From the NCBI GenBank assembly GCA_963851415.1, contig CAWKPF010000002.1:4438239-4502238 (forward strand): a stretch of 64,000 nt of DNA, given 5' to 3'. Shown in pieces: positions 6,645 to 16,066 of the stretch. The notes under the pieces were generated by a model. It had not been told where the DNA came from. It saw only the letters and a list, made by a program, of their open reading frames with translations, and made no database searches. Positions within the stretch are counted from its first letter, which is position 1; each line of letters opens with the position of its first letter. Source of the DNA: an uncultured Acidobacteriota bacterium. Lineage in GTDB: Bacteria; Acidobacteriota; Thermoanaerobaculia; Multivoradales; Multivoraceae. Made by a program: the position numbers and the translations under genes.

Positions 6645-9605
6645 CTACTTCCAGGCCAGACGCACGCCCAGGCGGTAGATGCGCGGGCTGACGTTGTCCT
6701 GCAGCCAGTCGGCGGAGCTGATGTCGAGCTGCCGCTGACGCGACATCTCGGTGCCCACGTTGGTGACGTTGAACACATCGATGCCGAAGGTCATGTTGAT
6801 GGGACCGGTGAGGTTGAACTCCTTCTCGAGCCGGAGGTCCAGCGTCGTGAGGTCGTCCAGGCGGTTGCTGTCGACGTCCGCCACCGAGATGCGCCGGCGC
6901 AGGCCGTCCGACATCAAGGGGCGCACGAAGTACATCATGGGGTATCCCTCGCGGGCCGTGAGGGCACCGGAGACGTTGAAGCCCCAGGGCCGGTCCGGAG
7001 CGATCTGGTAGAGGCCGGTCACATTGGCGGACCAGGTCGACTGCAGAAACCGCTCGCCCTTGCCGGAGCCGGTCGCCCGGGTGACATAGGTCTCCCCGTC
7101 GACGTCGTTGCGCCCGGCGCGATCGATGTCGTTGACCACGAAGCCCTCGAGGTTGGGATCGCTGTTCTGGGTGAAGCTCGCGGGAACGTCCCACTCGGCC
7201 TTGCCGTAGTTGAAGTAGCCCCGCAGCATCCACCGGTTGGCCAGCCGCTTGGTGAAGTTGACGGCCGCTCCGAGGTAGTCACGCTGACGATCGCCATTGG
7301 TGAGGTACTTGCCCCCGGTGCGCTCGAAGCCGTCCCGCAGGGCGAAGATCGGCACGTCGTAGCTCCCTCCGCTCGGCAGTGTGCCCGTGACCGAACCGTC
7401 CGGCACGTAGTCCGAAGAGGTCTCGGTTCGCACGATGCCCTCGGGAGTCTCGATGTACCACCGCTCGTCGAGGATGTTGTCGACCTGGCGAGCGGTCACC
7501 GTGGCCCCGATCACGAACTCGGGCAGCAGCGCGTGCTCGATGCTGGCCACCAGCTCGGTGGTCATCGGGGCGTCGAGGCTCGAGTCCGTCACGTTGGCGC
7601 TCGAGAGCGCCGTCGGGTTGTCGGGATCGACACCGTTGGCACCCGCGAAGGCACCCAGCGGCTCGTTGGTGTACTTGCCACTGGCGAGGGTCGGCTCGAA
7701 CTCGTAGTAGAGGTACACGTAGCTCGCGGGGTTGGTGCGGTTGATGTCGGCGGTGGACAACTGATCCGCGAACTGCGAGAGGCTGGCCCGGATCAGAGTG
7801 TCCCGCTCGGCCCCCAGGGCGTAGGTGAAGCCCAGGCGCGGAGTGATCGTCTGCCAGCTGTACTCCGGTCCGAAGCCCGGGAAGTCGATCGCCGGTAGCA
7901 GATTCGGGAAACCGAGGTTGGCCGGGACCTGAGCGGCCTCGTTGGTGCCCTTCTGGTCGTCGTAGCGCAGACCCGCGTTGATGGTGAAGCGGCCGAGGCT
8001 GATCGTGTCCTGGGCCCACACCGAGAAGTACTCCTGGGTCACCGGCGTCGCGATCCCGCGCAGCATGGCCACCTGGGGCAGTCCGCCGTCGGCCATCGGA
8101 GTGGCGTCGGTGTAGATGTTGCGGCCCGGCCAGATGAACGTGCTCGAGGTCTCGTAGTTGCGGTAGCGACCACCGACCTTGAGCTCGTGGTTGGTGTTGC
8201 CGGTGTTGAAGAAGTACGAGCTGTCGGCCTTGAACTCCTGGTTGGGGCTGGCAGCACTACCGGACTGGTAGTTGTCCTGCCACACGCCGTCGACGTCGTA
8301 CAGGGTCTCGGGCGCGTTCACGCCGACACCACCCTTGGTGGCCAGGGCGAAGCCGAAGTCGCCGAGCGAGTAGGTGCCGGTCAAGAAGAAGTTCGAGGAG
8401 AACACGTGGGTGTCCTCGAAGCGGTAGGACGCCGAAGGACCGCGCTGGTTCCAGGTCGTGATGTCGGGACGGGTCACGCCCGCGCCACGACCGAACTTCT
8501 GCTTGTCGCCGTTGTTCCACGAAGCAACGAAGCTGTTGGCCTGGGTGAACTGGGCGTTGGCCTTGAGCGCGGTGTTCTCGAGGATGGTGTCGTCGGCGGT
8601 GCCGGAGGCGGCGTTCTGCTGGATGTCGTTCTGCCCCCAGGAGCCCCACATCCAGAAGCGGTCACGAAGAACCGCACCACCGGCCTCGAAACCCATCTCC
8701 TCGATCTCACGGATCTGGGCACCGGCATAGTCGGCGAGGTCCTGGCCCGGGCCCATGTCACTCTGGTCGACGTTGACGTCGGCCTGTTCGAGGGCGCCAC
8801 CGAAGTAGCCGTTGGCCTTGGTGTTGAAGAACCGGGCAGAGCCGCGGAACTCGTTGCTGCCGCGCTTGGTCACCAGGTTGATGGAGACGCCGGCCGTGGT
8901 CTTGGACACGTCGGTGCCGCCGGTGGTGAACTGCATCTCGGCGAACTGGTCGAAGTCGAAGTAGGTCGACGACGCGCCGATCGCGCGCATGTCGGTCACG
9001 GTGACCCCGTCCATGAGGAAGTCGTTCTGGTCGTCCCCCACGCCCTGGGCGCGGAACGAAGACTGCTGGCCGGATTCGCTGCCACCGACGTTGACGCGGT
9101 CGACGAGCACGCCGGGCGTCTGTCCGACGATCGCCCACGGGTCGCGCGCCGACGGAATGCGCTCGAGCTCGACCTGGGTGACGGTGGTGCCCTGGGAGAG
9201 CTGACGCTCATCCAGCAGCGGGCTCTCGGAGGTCACGGTGATGGTCTCCTCGAGGGCGCTCTGGAGAACCAGCGGCACCGTCGTGTTGCGACCGATGCGC
9301 ACCTCGACGCCCGGGTACTCGACCGAGCCGAAGCCGTCGAGCTCGGCCTTGAGAGTCACGAGACCGGGGTCGATGGCCAGGAAGCGGAACTGCCCCTGCT
9401 GATCGGTCATCTGGGTTTTTTCGGCTCCGAGGCCGCTGATGGTCACGGTGACGCCCGGAAGGGCGGCTCCGTCGGCGTCGGTAACGGTGCCATAGACGTT
9501 TCCGGTCGGGGCCTGAGCCGCGGCCGGAGAAGCGAAGACACCTGCGATGAGGGCTGCGACCGCGGCGAGAACCAGAAGGCCTCGCAAAGTCTCAGTCGTC
9601 CGCAT
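6645..9605 (-). CDS. TonB-dependent receptor-like outer-membrane protein with N-terminal carboxypeptidase-regulatory-like domain (paralog 2, tandem duplicate of 3112..6054).
   Basis: ATG at 9605 preceded by aaggaga. Signal peptide MRTTETLRGLLVLAAVAALIAGVFASPAAAQA. Long stretches identical to paralog 1 (NVYGTVTDADG, ETITVTSESPLLDERQLSQGTTVTQVELERIPSARDPWAIVGQTPGVLVDRVNVGGSESGQQS, RFWMWGSWGQNDIQQNA). The ORF-track N-terminal extension to 9851 is rejected for lack of a signal peptide there. Confidence 0.88.
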   Translation of the reverse strand: MRTTETLRGLLVLAAVAALIAGVFASPAAAQAPTGNVYGTVTDADGAALPGVTVTISGLGAEKTQMTDQQGQFRFLAIDPGLVTLKAELDGFGSVEYPGVEVRIGRNTTVPLVLQSALEETITVTSESPLLDERQLSQGTTVTQVELERIPSARDPWAIVGQTPGVLVDRVNVGGSESGQQSSFRAQGVGDDQNDFLMDGVTVTDMRAIGASSTYFDFDQFAEMQFTTGGTDVSKTTAGVSINLVTKRGSNEFRGSARFFNTKANGYFGGALEQADVNVDQSDMGPGQDLADYAGAQIREIEEMGFEAGGAVLRDRFWMWGSWGQNDIQQNAASGTADDTILENTALKANAQFTQANSFVASWNNGDKQKFGRGAGVTRPDITTWNQRGPSASYRFEDTHVFSSNFFLTGTYSLGDFGFALATKGGVGVNAPETLYDVDGVWQDNYQSGSAASPNQEFKADSSYFFNTGNTNHELKVGGRYRNYETSSTFIWPGRNIYTDATPMADGGLPQVAMLRGIATPVTQEYFSVWAQDTISLGRFTINAGLRYDDQKGTNEAAQVPANLGFPNLLPAIDFPGFGPEYSWQTITPRLGFTYALGAERDTLIRASLSQFADQLSTADINRTNPASYVYLYYEFEPTLASGKYTNEPLGAFAGANGVDPDNPTALSSANVTDSSLDAPMTTELVASIEHALLPEFVIGATVTARQVDNILDERWYIETPEGIVRTETSSDYVPDGSVTGTLPSGGSYDVPIFALRDGFERTGGKYLTNGDRQRDYLGAAVNFTKRLANRWMLRGYFNYGKAEWDVPASFTQNSDPNLEGFVVNDIDRAGRNDVDGETYVTRATGSGKGERFLQSTWSANVTGLYQIAPDRPWGFNVSGALTAREGYPMMYFVRPLMSDGLRRRISVADVDSNRLDDLTTLDLRLEKEFNLTGPINMTFGIDVFNVTNVGTEMSRQRQLDISSADWLQDNVSPRIYRLGVRLAWK

Positions 9606-10240
9606 GATGATCGTCTCCTTTGACGAAATGGGCGGACCTGAGGGGGTCCGCGAGTGTGCCGAACCGCACCGCTGTCGATGGAGGTCGGCGGTTCGATGTG
9701 CTTGCCAGGGGTAAGAGCAAGGCTGATGCCATTCGCCAGGCTGCCGGGAAAAGCCTTTGTTTTCAGTAGCTTGGGAGGCGACGATCGAGGCCTCCAGCGC
9801 TGGGACGAACGAGGGACGGGAAAGGGACGGTCCTGGGACCGGACGATTCAATGGGACGAATGGAATCGAGATTTATGAACTGCCGCCGAGGCGCCGCCAA
9901 CGGCCCGGGAGCGGGGCCGAGGGAGGAACGCTGGTCGCAAGCGCCCGGATCCAGGGATGCTCGGGGAGGTCGCCTGGCCCGGTCGGGAGTGGTGCGAGTG
10001 GGCTCCGGTTCGGGCTCCAGACGGCGGGAAGCCGGGATCGGGCTCCGGTATCTTCGGTGCCCTGTCTCGGCCCCGGGACGACCGGGGGCTCTCGACCCGA
10101 GCCGCTCGGGGGCGGCGAGCGAAGAGAACCCGCGGAGCGCGAGATCCGTACAAGGAGGACTGCTCTCTCCTTCGGGGATCCGCGACCTCGGTCACGGGAC
10201 TGTTGTCCGGGACTGTTAGGGTGCGCTTCCTGTCTGGGAG

Positions 10241-11377
10241 ATGACGATGACTCGAATGACGACCCTTGCCAAGAGACTGATTCTGGCCGCCGCGGTCTCG
10301 ACCCTGGCGGCCTGCTCGACCTATCAACCCCTCGACACCGAGAAGATGCTCTCGGAGGACCTCGACACCCTGGTCGATCCGGAGCTGCAGGCGTTGCTGA
10401 TCGTTCCCTATGAGCTGGACGACAGCGTTCGGGAGTCGATTCGGGGACGGGTCAACCCGGCTGCGAGCGAGCGTCGCCGCAGCGAGGCGATCCAGGACTT
10501 CATCTTCGGCAACCTCGACCTGCAGTATGCGTTGACACCGACTCGCGATGCGGTGGCGACGTACCACATGGCGCAGGGCAACTGCCTCTCCTTCGTCAAC
10601 CTCTTCGTCGGGATCGGTCGCGAGATGCGCTTGAATCCGTTCTACGTCGAGGTCGAAGATTATCAGCGATGGAACTACCAGGATGGCGTCGTGGTCAGCC
10701 GTGGGCACATCGTGGCCGGCATGTACATCGACGGCGAGCTCTCGACCTTCGACTTCCTTCCGTACCGTCCCAAGTCGTACAAGGAGTTCAAGCCGATCAG
10801 CGATGTGTGGGCCACGGCGCACTACTACAACAACCTGGGTGCGGAGGCGCTGATGGACGAGCGCCTGGAAGAGGCCGGCCGGTTCCTCGAGATCGCGCAC
10901 CAGCTCTCCCCGACCTTCGACAAGGCGATCAACAACCTGGGGATCGTGCGCATGCGCAACGGGGACGTCGAGGGGGCGATCGAGCTCTACGAGCGAGGGC
11001 GCGAGATTCATCCGGAGGACGTGCCGATCCTGAGCAACCTGACCCGCGCCTATCAGCAGAACGGACAGGTGGAGGAGGCCGACGAGCTGCTCGACTATCT
11101 CGAAAAGGTCAACCAGACGAATCCGTTCTTCTTCGTCTATCGCGGCGACGTCGCGCTGGCCAACGGAGACACGGTCACGGCTCTGGAATACATGCGCAAG
11201 GCCTACACCACGGACACGGAGCTTCCCGAGGTGCACGTGGGACTGGCGCGGGTGTACCTCGCGATCGGGAAGACCAAGGAGGCGCAGCATCACATCGAGC
11301 GCGCGCTCAAGTTGGACGCCACGCACGAGGAGGCGCGCAAGTACGCCGCGATGTTGATTCCGAGCACCCGCAACTGA
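10241..11377 (+). CDS. Lipoprotein with transglutaminase-like cysteine-protease core (Cys-His-Asp) and C-terminal TPR repeats.
   Basis: ATG start. Lipobox LAAC (VSTLAAC). Transglutaminase-core-like blocks GNCLSFVNLFVGIGREMRLNPFYV (Cys) and RGHIVAGMYIDGELSTFDF (His, Asp). TPR-like repeats from about aa 200 (AHYYNNLGAEAL, AINNLGIVRMRNGDVEGAIELYERG, NLTRAYQQNGQVEEADELLDY, YRGDVALANGDTVTALEYMRKA, LARVYLAIGKTKEAQHHIERALKLD). Confidence 0.85.
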   Translation: MTMTRMTTLAKRLILAAAVSTLAACSTYQPLDTEKMLSEDLDTLVDPELQALLIVPYELDDSVRESIRGRVNPAASERRRSEAIQDFIFGNLDLQYALTPTRDAVATYHMAQGNCLSFVNLFVGIGREMRLNPFYVEVEDYQRWNYQDGVVVSRGHIVAGMYIDGELSTFDFLPYRPKSYKEFKPISDVWATAHYYNNLGAEALMDERLEEAGRFLEIAHQLSPTFDKAINNLGIVRMRNGDVEGAIELYERGREIHPEDVPILSNLTRAYQQNGQVEEADELLDYLEKVNQTNPFFFVYRGDVALANGDTVTALEYMRKAYTTDTELPEVHVGLARVYLAIGKTKEAQHHIERALKLDATHEEARKYAAMLIPSTRN

Positions 11378-11471
11378 GTGCGCCCACGATCGAGTGCGCT
11401 ATGATGAAGAGTCACGGAGCGGATTCAAGGAGCAGATGCAGAGCAGGCAGGACACAACCAGGGAGAAGGCC

Positions 11472-13757
11472 ATGAACAGAGCCGATCGAGACGACGCTCC
11501 GAATCGGATTCCGAGTCCATCGAACATCGACACGGGAACCGGAACAGCGGCTCGTCGACGGGTTCTTTGTCGAGGGAAGGGTCTCCTCGCGTTCTGCCTC
11601 TGCGGTGTCCTGCTCGGTGCTCCGGCTGCCTGGGCTCAGGAGGAGGGCTCGACTCCGTCGCCCGACGACCTCGAGCAGTTCGAAGACCGTGCCGGGGTCT
11701 TCGAAGTCCAGGTTCCCGTCAACGTCGTGGATCGGGACGGGGCTCCGGTCCGCGACCTCACGATGGCCGACTTCGAGGTCTTCGACAAGGGGGAGCGCCA
11801 GGAGCTGACCGGCTTTCACGTGATCGATCTCGACACCATCGAGCCCGATCCGTTGCGGCCGAACGAGGCCGAGCAGCTCATTCCGTCGGCGGCGCGGCGT
11901 TACTTTCTCTTCTTGTTCGATCTCTCTTTCTCGGCCCCGAGCTCGGTGGTGCGTGCCCGCCAGGCCGCGCGCGACTTCGTGCTCAACGACATGCATCCCA
12001 CCGATCTGGCGGCCGTGGCCACGCATGCGGTCGAGGGCGGGGCGAAACTGATCATGACCTTCAGCCCCGATCGGGCACAGCTGGCGCGCGCCATCGACAC
12101 CCTGGGGGCTCCCAGGCTGCTCGCTCTGCAAAACCGCGACCCCTTGCGCTTCCTGGTCGATCTTCCCGAGGTCGCCTCCCTGCAGGCCGTCCAGGACGCC
12201 TCGACAGTCGACTCGAGCATTGCCCGAACGCAGGGGGCCGAGGTGAGCGCTTACCTGAACGTGATCGGTCGACAGATGATCAAGCAGGAGAAGAGCTACG
12301 CCATGGGGCGGGTTTCGACGTGGAGTGTCAGCATGGGGTCGATGGCCGAACTGCTGGGCGGCATCGAGGGTCGCAAGCACGTCGTGCTGTTCTCCGAGGG
12401 CTTCGACGGTCGCCTCATGCTCGGTCGGCAGCCCGACGAGATGGATCCCACCGAGCGGGCCGACATCGTCAACATCCAGAACGGCCAGTACCACATGGTC
12501 GACAACGACGACCGGTTCGGCAACACCCAGATCCAGGGCGCCATGAACGTCATGGTGCAGAAGTTCCGGGAGGCTGGGGCGGTGATCCAGGCGGTGGATA
12601 TCTCGGGTCTGCGGGCGGACCTGCCGGCCGAGCATCGGAGCCGTCGCGTCGGACAGGACGCGCTCTACACGTTGGCGAACGACACGGGCGGCACGCTCTA
12701 CGAGGACGCCAACGACTTCGGCGCGGAGCTGGCCGAGGTGCTGCGCCGCTCGACCGTGACCTACCTGCTCTCCTACACCCCTTCGGAGATGGGGGAGGCC
12801 GGTGAATATCGCCGGCTCGATGTGAAGGTCGAAGGGCACCGGGGCTCCAACGTCTCCCATCGCCAGGGCTACAAGGTGCCGCGGCCGTTCCAGGATCTCC
12901 ATCCGATGGAGAAGAGCCTGCTGGCGGCCGACCTGATCGCGACCGCCACCCTGCGCGACGATTTCGACATGCACGTGCTGGCCGCACCCTTTCGGGCGAC
13001 CGAGCAGGAGGCATATCTGCCCGTGATCATCGAGATCGCGGGCGCCGGTCTGCTGGCGGATCACGAGGCAGAGCAGTTGCCGGTCGAGTTCTATACGTAC
13101 GTCACCGACCAGAACGGCGAGATGCGCGACTTCTTCACCCAGAAGGTCACGCTCAACCTCACCGACCGCGATGCGTTCGTCTCCAGCGGCCTGAAGTACT
13201 ACGGGCACATCGACCTCGAGCCCGGCGAGTACATGTTGAGGGTACTGGCCCGGAACTCGAGCACGGGGCGCACGTCGGTGCGGACCGTTCAGGTCGACGT
13301 GCCGGAGTATGCCGAGCAGGCGCTCAGCCTGTTGCCTCCCTTCTTCCTCGAAGAGCCCGGGAGCTGGTTCCTGGTGCGTGAGCAGAGGCCGGGAGACGAC
13401 TACCGAAAGAGCACGGTCTATCCGTTTACGGTGAACGGCGAGCCGTACATTCCCTCGGCGAAGGCACGCTTCGAGGCCGGCGACAGTGCCGAGCTGTGTC
13501 TGGTGGCCTACAACTTCGGTGCCGGCCAGTTGCAGGTCGACACCCAGGTCATCGGGGTCGACGGGGCCACGGTCGATGGAGGCCGCCTGGCGGTGAAGGA
13601 GCGGACGGTGACCGGCATCGAAGGGCTCGACAAGGTGACCGCGACCTTCGAGACCGACGGACTGGCCGCAGGTGACTACACGCTGCAAGTGGCGTTGATC
13701 GATCCCTCCACCCAGACCCGGCAGGTCAACCAGATTCCCTTTCGCGTCGACGGTTGA
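11472..13757 (+). CDS. Secreted von Willebrand factor A (VWA) domain protein, TIGR03436-like (VWFA-related Acidobacterial domain) family, paralog 1.
   Basis: ATG at 11472 preceded by gggagaagg. Signal peptide LLAFCLCGVLLGAPAAWAQ. VWA-like blocks RYFLFLFDLSFS and VVLFSEGFDG. N-terminal beta-sandwich (VQVPVNVVDRDGAPVRDLTMADFEVFD). It is paralogous to 13900..16047 and 16067..17830. The ORF-track start at 11394 is possible but has no signal peptide. Confidence 0.8.
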   Translation: MNRADRDDAPNRIPSPSNIDTGTGTAARRRVLCRGKGLLAFCLCGVLLGAPAAWAQEEGSTPSPDDLEQFEDRAGVFEVQVPVNVVDRDGAPVRDLTMADFEVFDKGERQELTGFHVIDLDTIEPDPLRPNEAEQLIPSAARRYFLFLFDLSFSAPSSVVRARQAARDFVLNDMHPTDLAAVATHAVEGGAKLIMTFSPDRAQLARAIDTLGAPRLLALQNRDPLRFLVDLPEVASLQAVQDASTVDSSIARTQGAEVSAYLNVIGRQMIKQEKSYAMGRVSTWSVSMGSMAELLGGIEGRKHVVLFSEGFDGRLMLGRQPDEMDPTERADIVNIQNGQYHMVDNDDRFGNTQIQGAMNVMVQKFREAGAVIQAVDISGLRADLPAEHRSRRVGQDALYTLANDTGGTLYEDANDFGAELAEVLRRSTVTYLLSYTPSEMGEAGEYRRLDVKVEGHRGSNVSHRQGYKVPRPFQDLHPMEKSLLAADLIATATLRDDFDMHVLAAPFRATEQEAYLPVIIEIAGAGLLADHEAEQLPVEFYTYVTDQNGEMRDFFTQKVTLNLTDRDAFVSSGLKYYGHIDLEPGEYMLRVLARNSSTGRTSVRTVQVDVPEYAEQALSLLPPFFLEEPGSWFLVREQRPGDDYRKSTVYPFTVNGEPYIPSAKARFEAGDSAELCLVAYNFGAGQLQVDTQVIGVDGATVDGGRLAVKERTVTGIEGLDKVTATFETDGLAAGDYTLQVALIDPSTQTRQVNQIPFRVDG

Positions 13758-13899
13758 TGCGGTCGGCGGCGGAGGGGGTAGACTGAGCGAACCGTGAGAA
13801 GCCGTTCGCGCGGCCGGAGTCGAGACCGCCAGCGTCTTCGTTGATGCGGCTTCGATGTGGCCCCTGCTCTCACAGAAACCTCTTCGGAAGGACTGCCCC

Positions 13900-16047
13900 A
13901 TGAGTAGCCAGAATCGACTCCGCCGACCGATGGGCGCTTGTGCCGTGGTCACGCTGATCTGTGTCGCGCTGCTGGCCGGCCCCGCGATCGGCCAGCGCAA
14001 GAAGAAGGACAAGAAGAACGAGCAGTTCTCCGACGTGACCTCGGTGACCGTGATCGAGGTGCCGGTGAATGTGTCGGTGAAGGACGAGCCCGTGCGGGGA
14101 TTGACGGCGGATGACTTCACGGTGCTCGATGGGCGCAAGGAAGTGGAGATCGTCGGCTTCGACGTGATCGATCTCTCCGAGACCGAAGAGGGTGCGCCCG
14201 AGGTCGAGGTCACGGTGGCCGCTCGCCGGCACTTCCTCGCCTTCTTCGACCTGTCGTACTCCGATCCCTCCTCGGTCGATCGGGCACGGGAGTCGGCGGC
14301 CTCGCTGGTGATGGAGAGCCTGCACCCGAGCGACCTGGTGGCGGTGGCGACCTACAGCCGGTCGAAGGGACCTCGCATGGTGCTCGGCTTCACCACCGAC
14401 CGCAACCAGATCCGGCAGGCGATCGAGACCCTCGGATTCACCAACAGGGAGCGACCCTCCGAGGATCCTCTCGGCCTGGTCATCGGGGATCTCGATCGGG
14501 CCATCGACGGCGGTGGTGGCCTCGGGGGCGGCGGTGCCGATTCCGAGCTCCAGGCGAACATGCGCGAGCTCCAGAACCTCCAGTCCCAGGCACGCCAGGG
14601 CGAGGAGAGCTCACGGCTGGCGGAGCGCATGGACGGCCTCGCGGCGGTCGCGCAGATGATGGACGCCATCCAGGGGCGCAAGCACGTGCTCTACCTCTCC
14701 GAGGGCTTCGATTCGGAGTCCATCTTCGGGCGGGATACCAACAGCCTCGAAGACATCCAGGACGCGATCCGCGAGCAGCAAGCGGCCGAGTCGGGGCAAT
14801 ATCAGAACGTCAACTCCGACCGACGCTATGGCAACTCCCAGACGCGTGCGGTCGTCGATCGTGCCCTGCGAGCCTTCCGGCAGTCCAACTGCTCGATTCA
14901 GGCGGTCGACATCGGTGGCCTCCAGGCGGGGACCAAGAACAAGAACCTCGACTCACTCCGCTACATGGCCCGCGAGACGGGGGGCGACGCTTTCGCCAAC
15001 ACCAACAACCTGGGCGAGGCGATGGGGGAGATGCTGGCTCGCACCAGTGTGACCTACGTGCTGGCGATTCAGCCCAGCGACCTGCCCGAGCCGGGCGAGT
15101 TCAGAGAGCTCACCGTCAAGCTCGAGAACGGTCCCCGTGGCGCCGACGTCTCTCATCGTCCCGGCTACTACGCTCCGCGCGGCTACGCTCAGCAGTCGGC
15201 CTTCGAGCGCCAGCTCAGCACCGCGCAGAAGGTGGTCGGAGGGCAGGAGGGAAGCGGCTCGGTAGACCTGAGCGTGCTGGCTGGCGCCTTCGAAGCCTCG
15301 GGCAAAGCCTACGTGCCGGTGCTGGTGGAAGTCGACGGCAGCAGCTTGAGCGAAGGGCTCGCGGGTGAGGCGCTGCCGCTCGAGATCTACGCCTATGCGT
15401 TGGACTCCACCGGAGCGGTCCGCAGCTTCTTCAATCGGGGCGTGGGCCTGGACATGAAGGCGGTGGGGCCGGCGATCAACCAGAGTGGCGTCAAGTACTG
15501 GGGCCATTTCGATCTCGCCCCCGGCGAGTACACCGTGCGCGTGCTGGTGCGCAACAGCGAGACCGGCGCTGACGGGATCGACGTCAGTCACGTCACGGTG
15601 CCGGGCGGGGCGGACACCCCCTCGGCACTCCTTCCTCCCCTGTTCCCGGAGCCCGTGGGTTACTGGCTGATGTTGCGGGAGGAGGAGAGTGAGCAGCGGG
15701 CCGGAATCGATTTCCCGTTCATGGCTCATGGAGAGCCCTTCATTCCCGCGGCGCGGCCGAAGCTCTCGGGAGGGAGTGCGGCGAAGCTGCAGCTGGTGGC
15801 CTACAACCTCGGAGCGGGGGCGCTCAGCGCAACGGCTCAGCTTCTTTCGGAATCGGGCGAGACGGTGACCGGTAGCGAGCTGACGTTGGCTGACGACGCC
15901 GCCGGCAACGATGGGATGGCTCGTCTGGACGGTACCCTGGTGCCGGCCAAGGCTCCCGCGGGCGACTACACGCTGGTCGTCAATGTGAAGAACCTTGCCA
16001 GCGGGAGCCAGATGGTGTCTTCCCTACCGGTGACGATCGGCGGCTAG
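13900..16047 (+). CDS. Secreted VWA domain protein, TIGR03436-like, paralog 2.
   Basis: ATG at 13900 preceded by ggaagga. Signal peptide MGACAVVTLICVALLAGPAIG. Blocks VIEVPVNVSVKDEPVRGLTADDFTVLD, RHFLAFFDLSYS and HVLYLSEGFDS align with paralog 1. Confidence 0.82.
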   Translation: MSSQNRLRRPMGACAVVTLICVALLAGPAIGQRKKKDKKNEQFSDVTSVTVIEVPVNVSVKDEPVRGLTADDFTVLDGRKEVEIVGFDVIDLSETEEGAPEVEVTVAARRHFLAFFDLSYSDPSSVDRARESAASLVMESLHPSDLVAVATYSRSKGPRMVLGFTTDRNQIRQAIETLGFTNRERPSEDPLGLVIGDLDRAIDGGGGLGGGGADSELQANMRELQNLQSQARQGEESSRLAERMDGLAAVAQMMDAIQGRKHVLYLSEGFDSESIFGRDTNSLEDIQDAIREQQAAESGQYQNVNSDRRYGNSQTRAVVDRALRAFRQSNCSIQAVDIGGLQAGTKNKNLDSLRYMARETGGDAFANTNNLGEAMGEMLARTSVTYVLAIQPSDLPEPGEFRELTVKLENGPRGADVSHRPGYYAPRGYAQQSAFERQLSTAQKVVGGQEGSGSVDLSVLAGAFEASGKAYVPVLVEVDGSSLSEGLAGEALPLEIYAYALDSTGAVRSFFNRGVGLDMKAVGPAINQSGVKYWGHFDLAPGEYTVRVLVRNSETGADGIDVSHVTVPGGADTPSALLPPLFPEPVGYWLMLREEESEQRAGIDFPFMAHGEPFIPAARPKLSGGSAAKLQLVAYNLGAGALSATAQLLSESGETVTGSELTLADDAAGNDGMARLDGTLVPAKAPAGDYTLVVNVKNLASGSQMVSSLPVTIGG

Positions 16048-16066
16048 TCGGTGAGGCCTGATCGGC

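Noticed and set aside
11412-14213. 933-aa minus-strand ORF; also 11567..12805 (plus, alternative frame)
   Set aside because: Antisense or off-frame relative to VWA paralogs 1 and 2, which have strong motif, signal-peptide and SD support. The products are R/G/P-rich.
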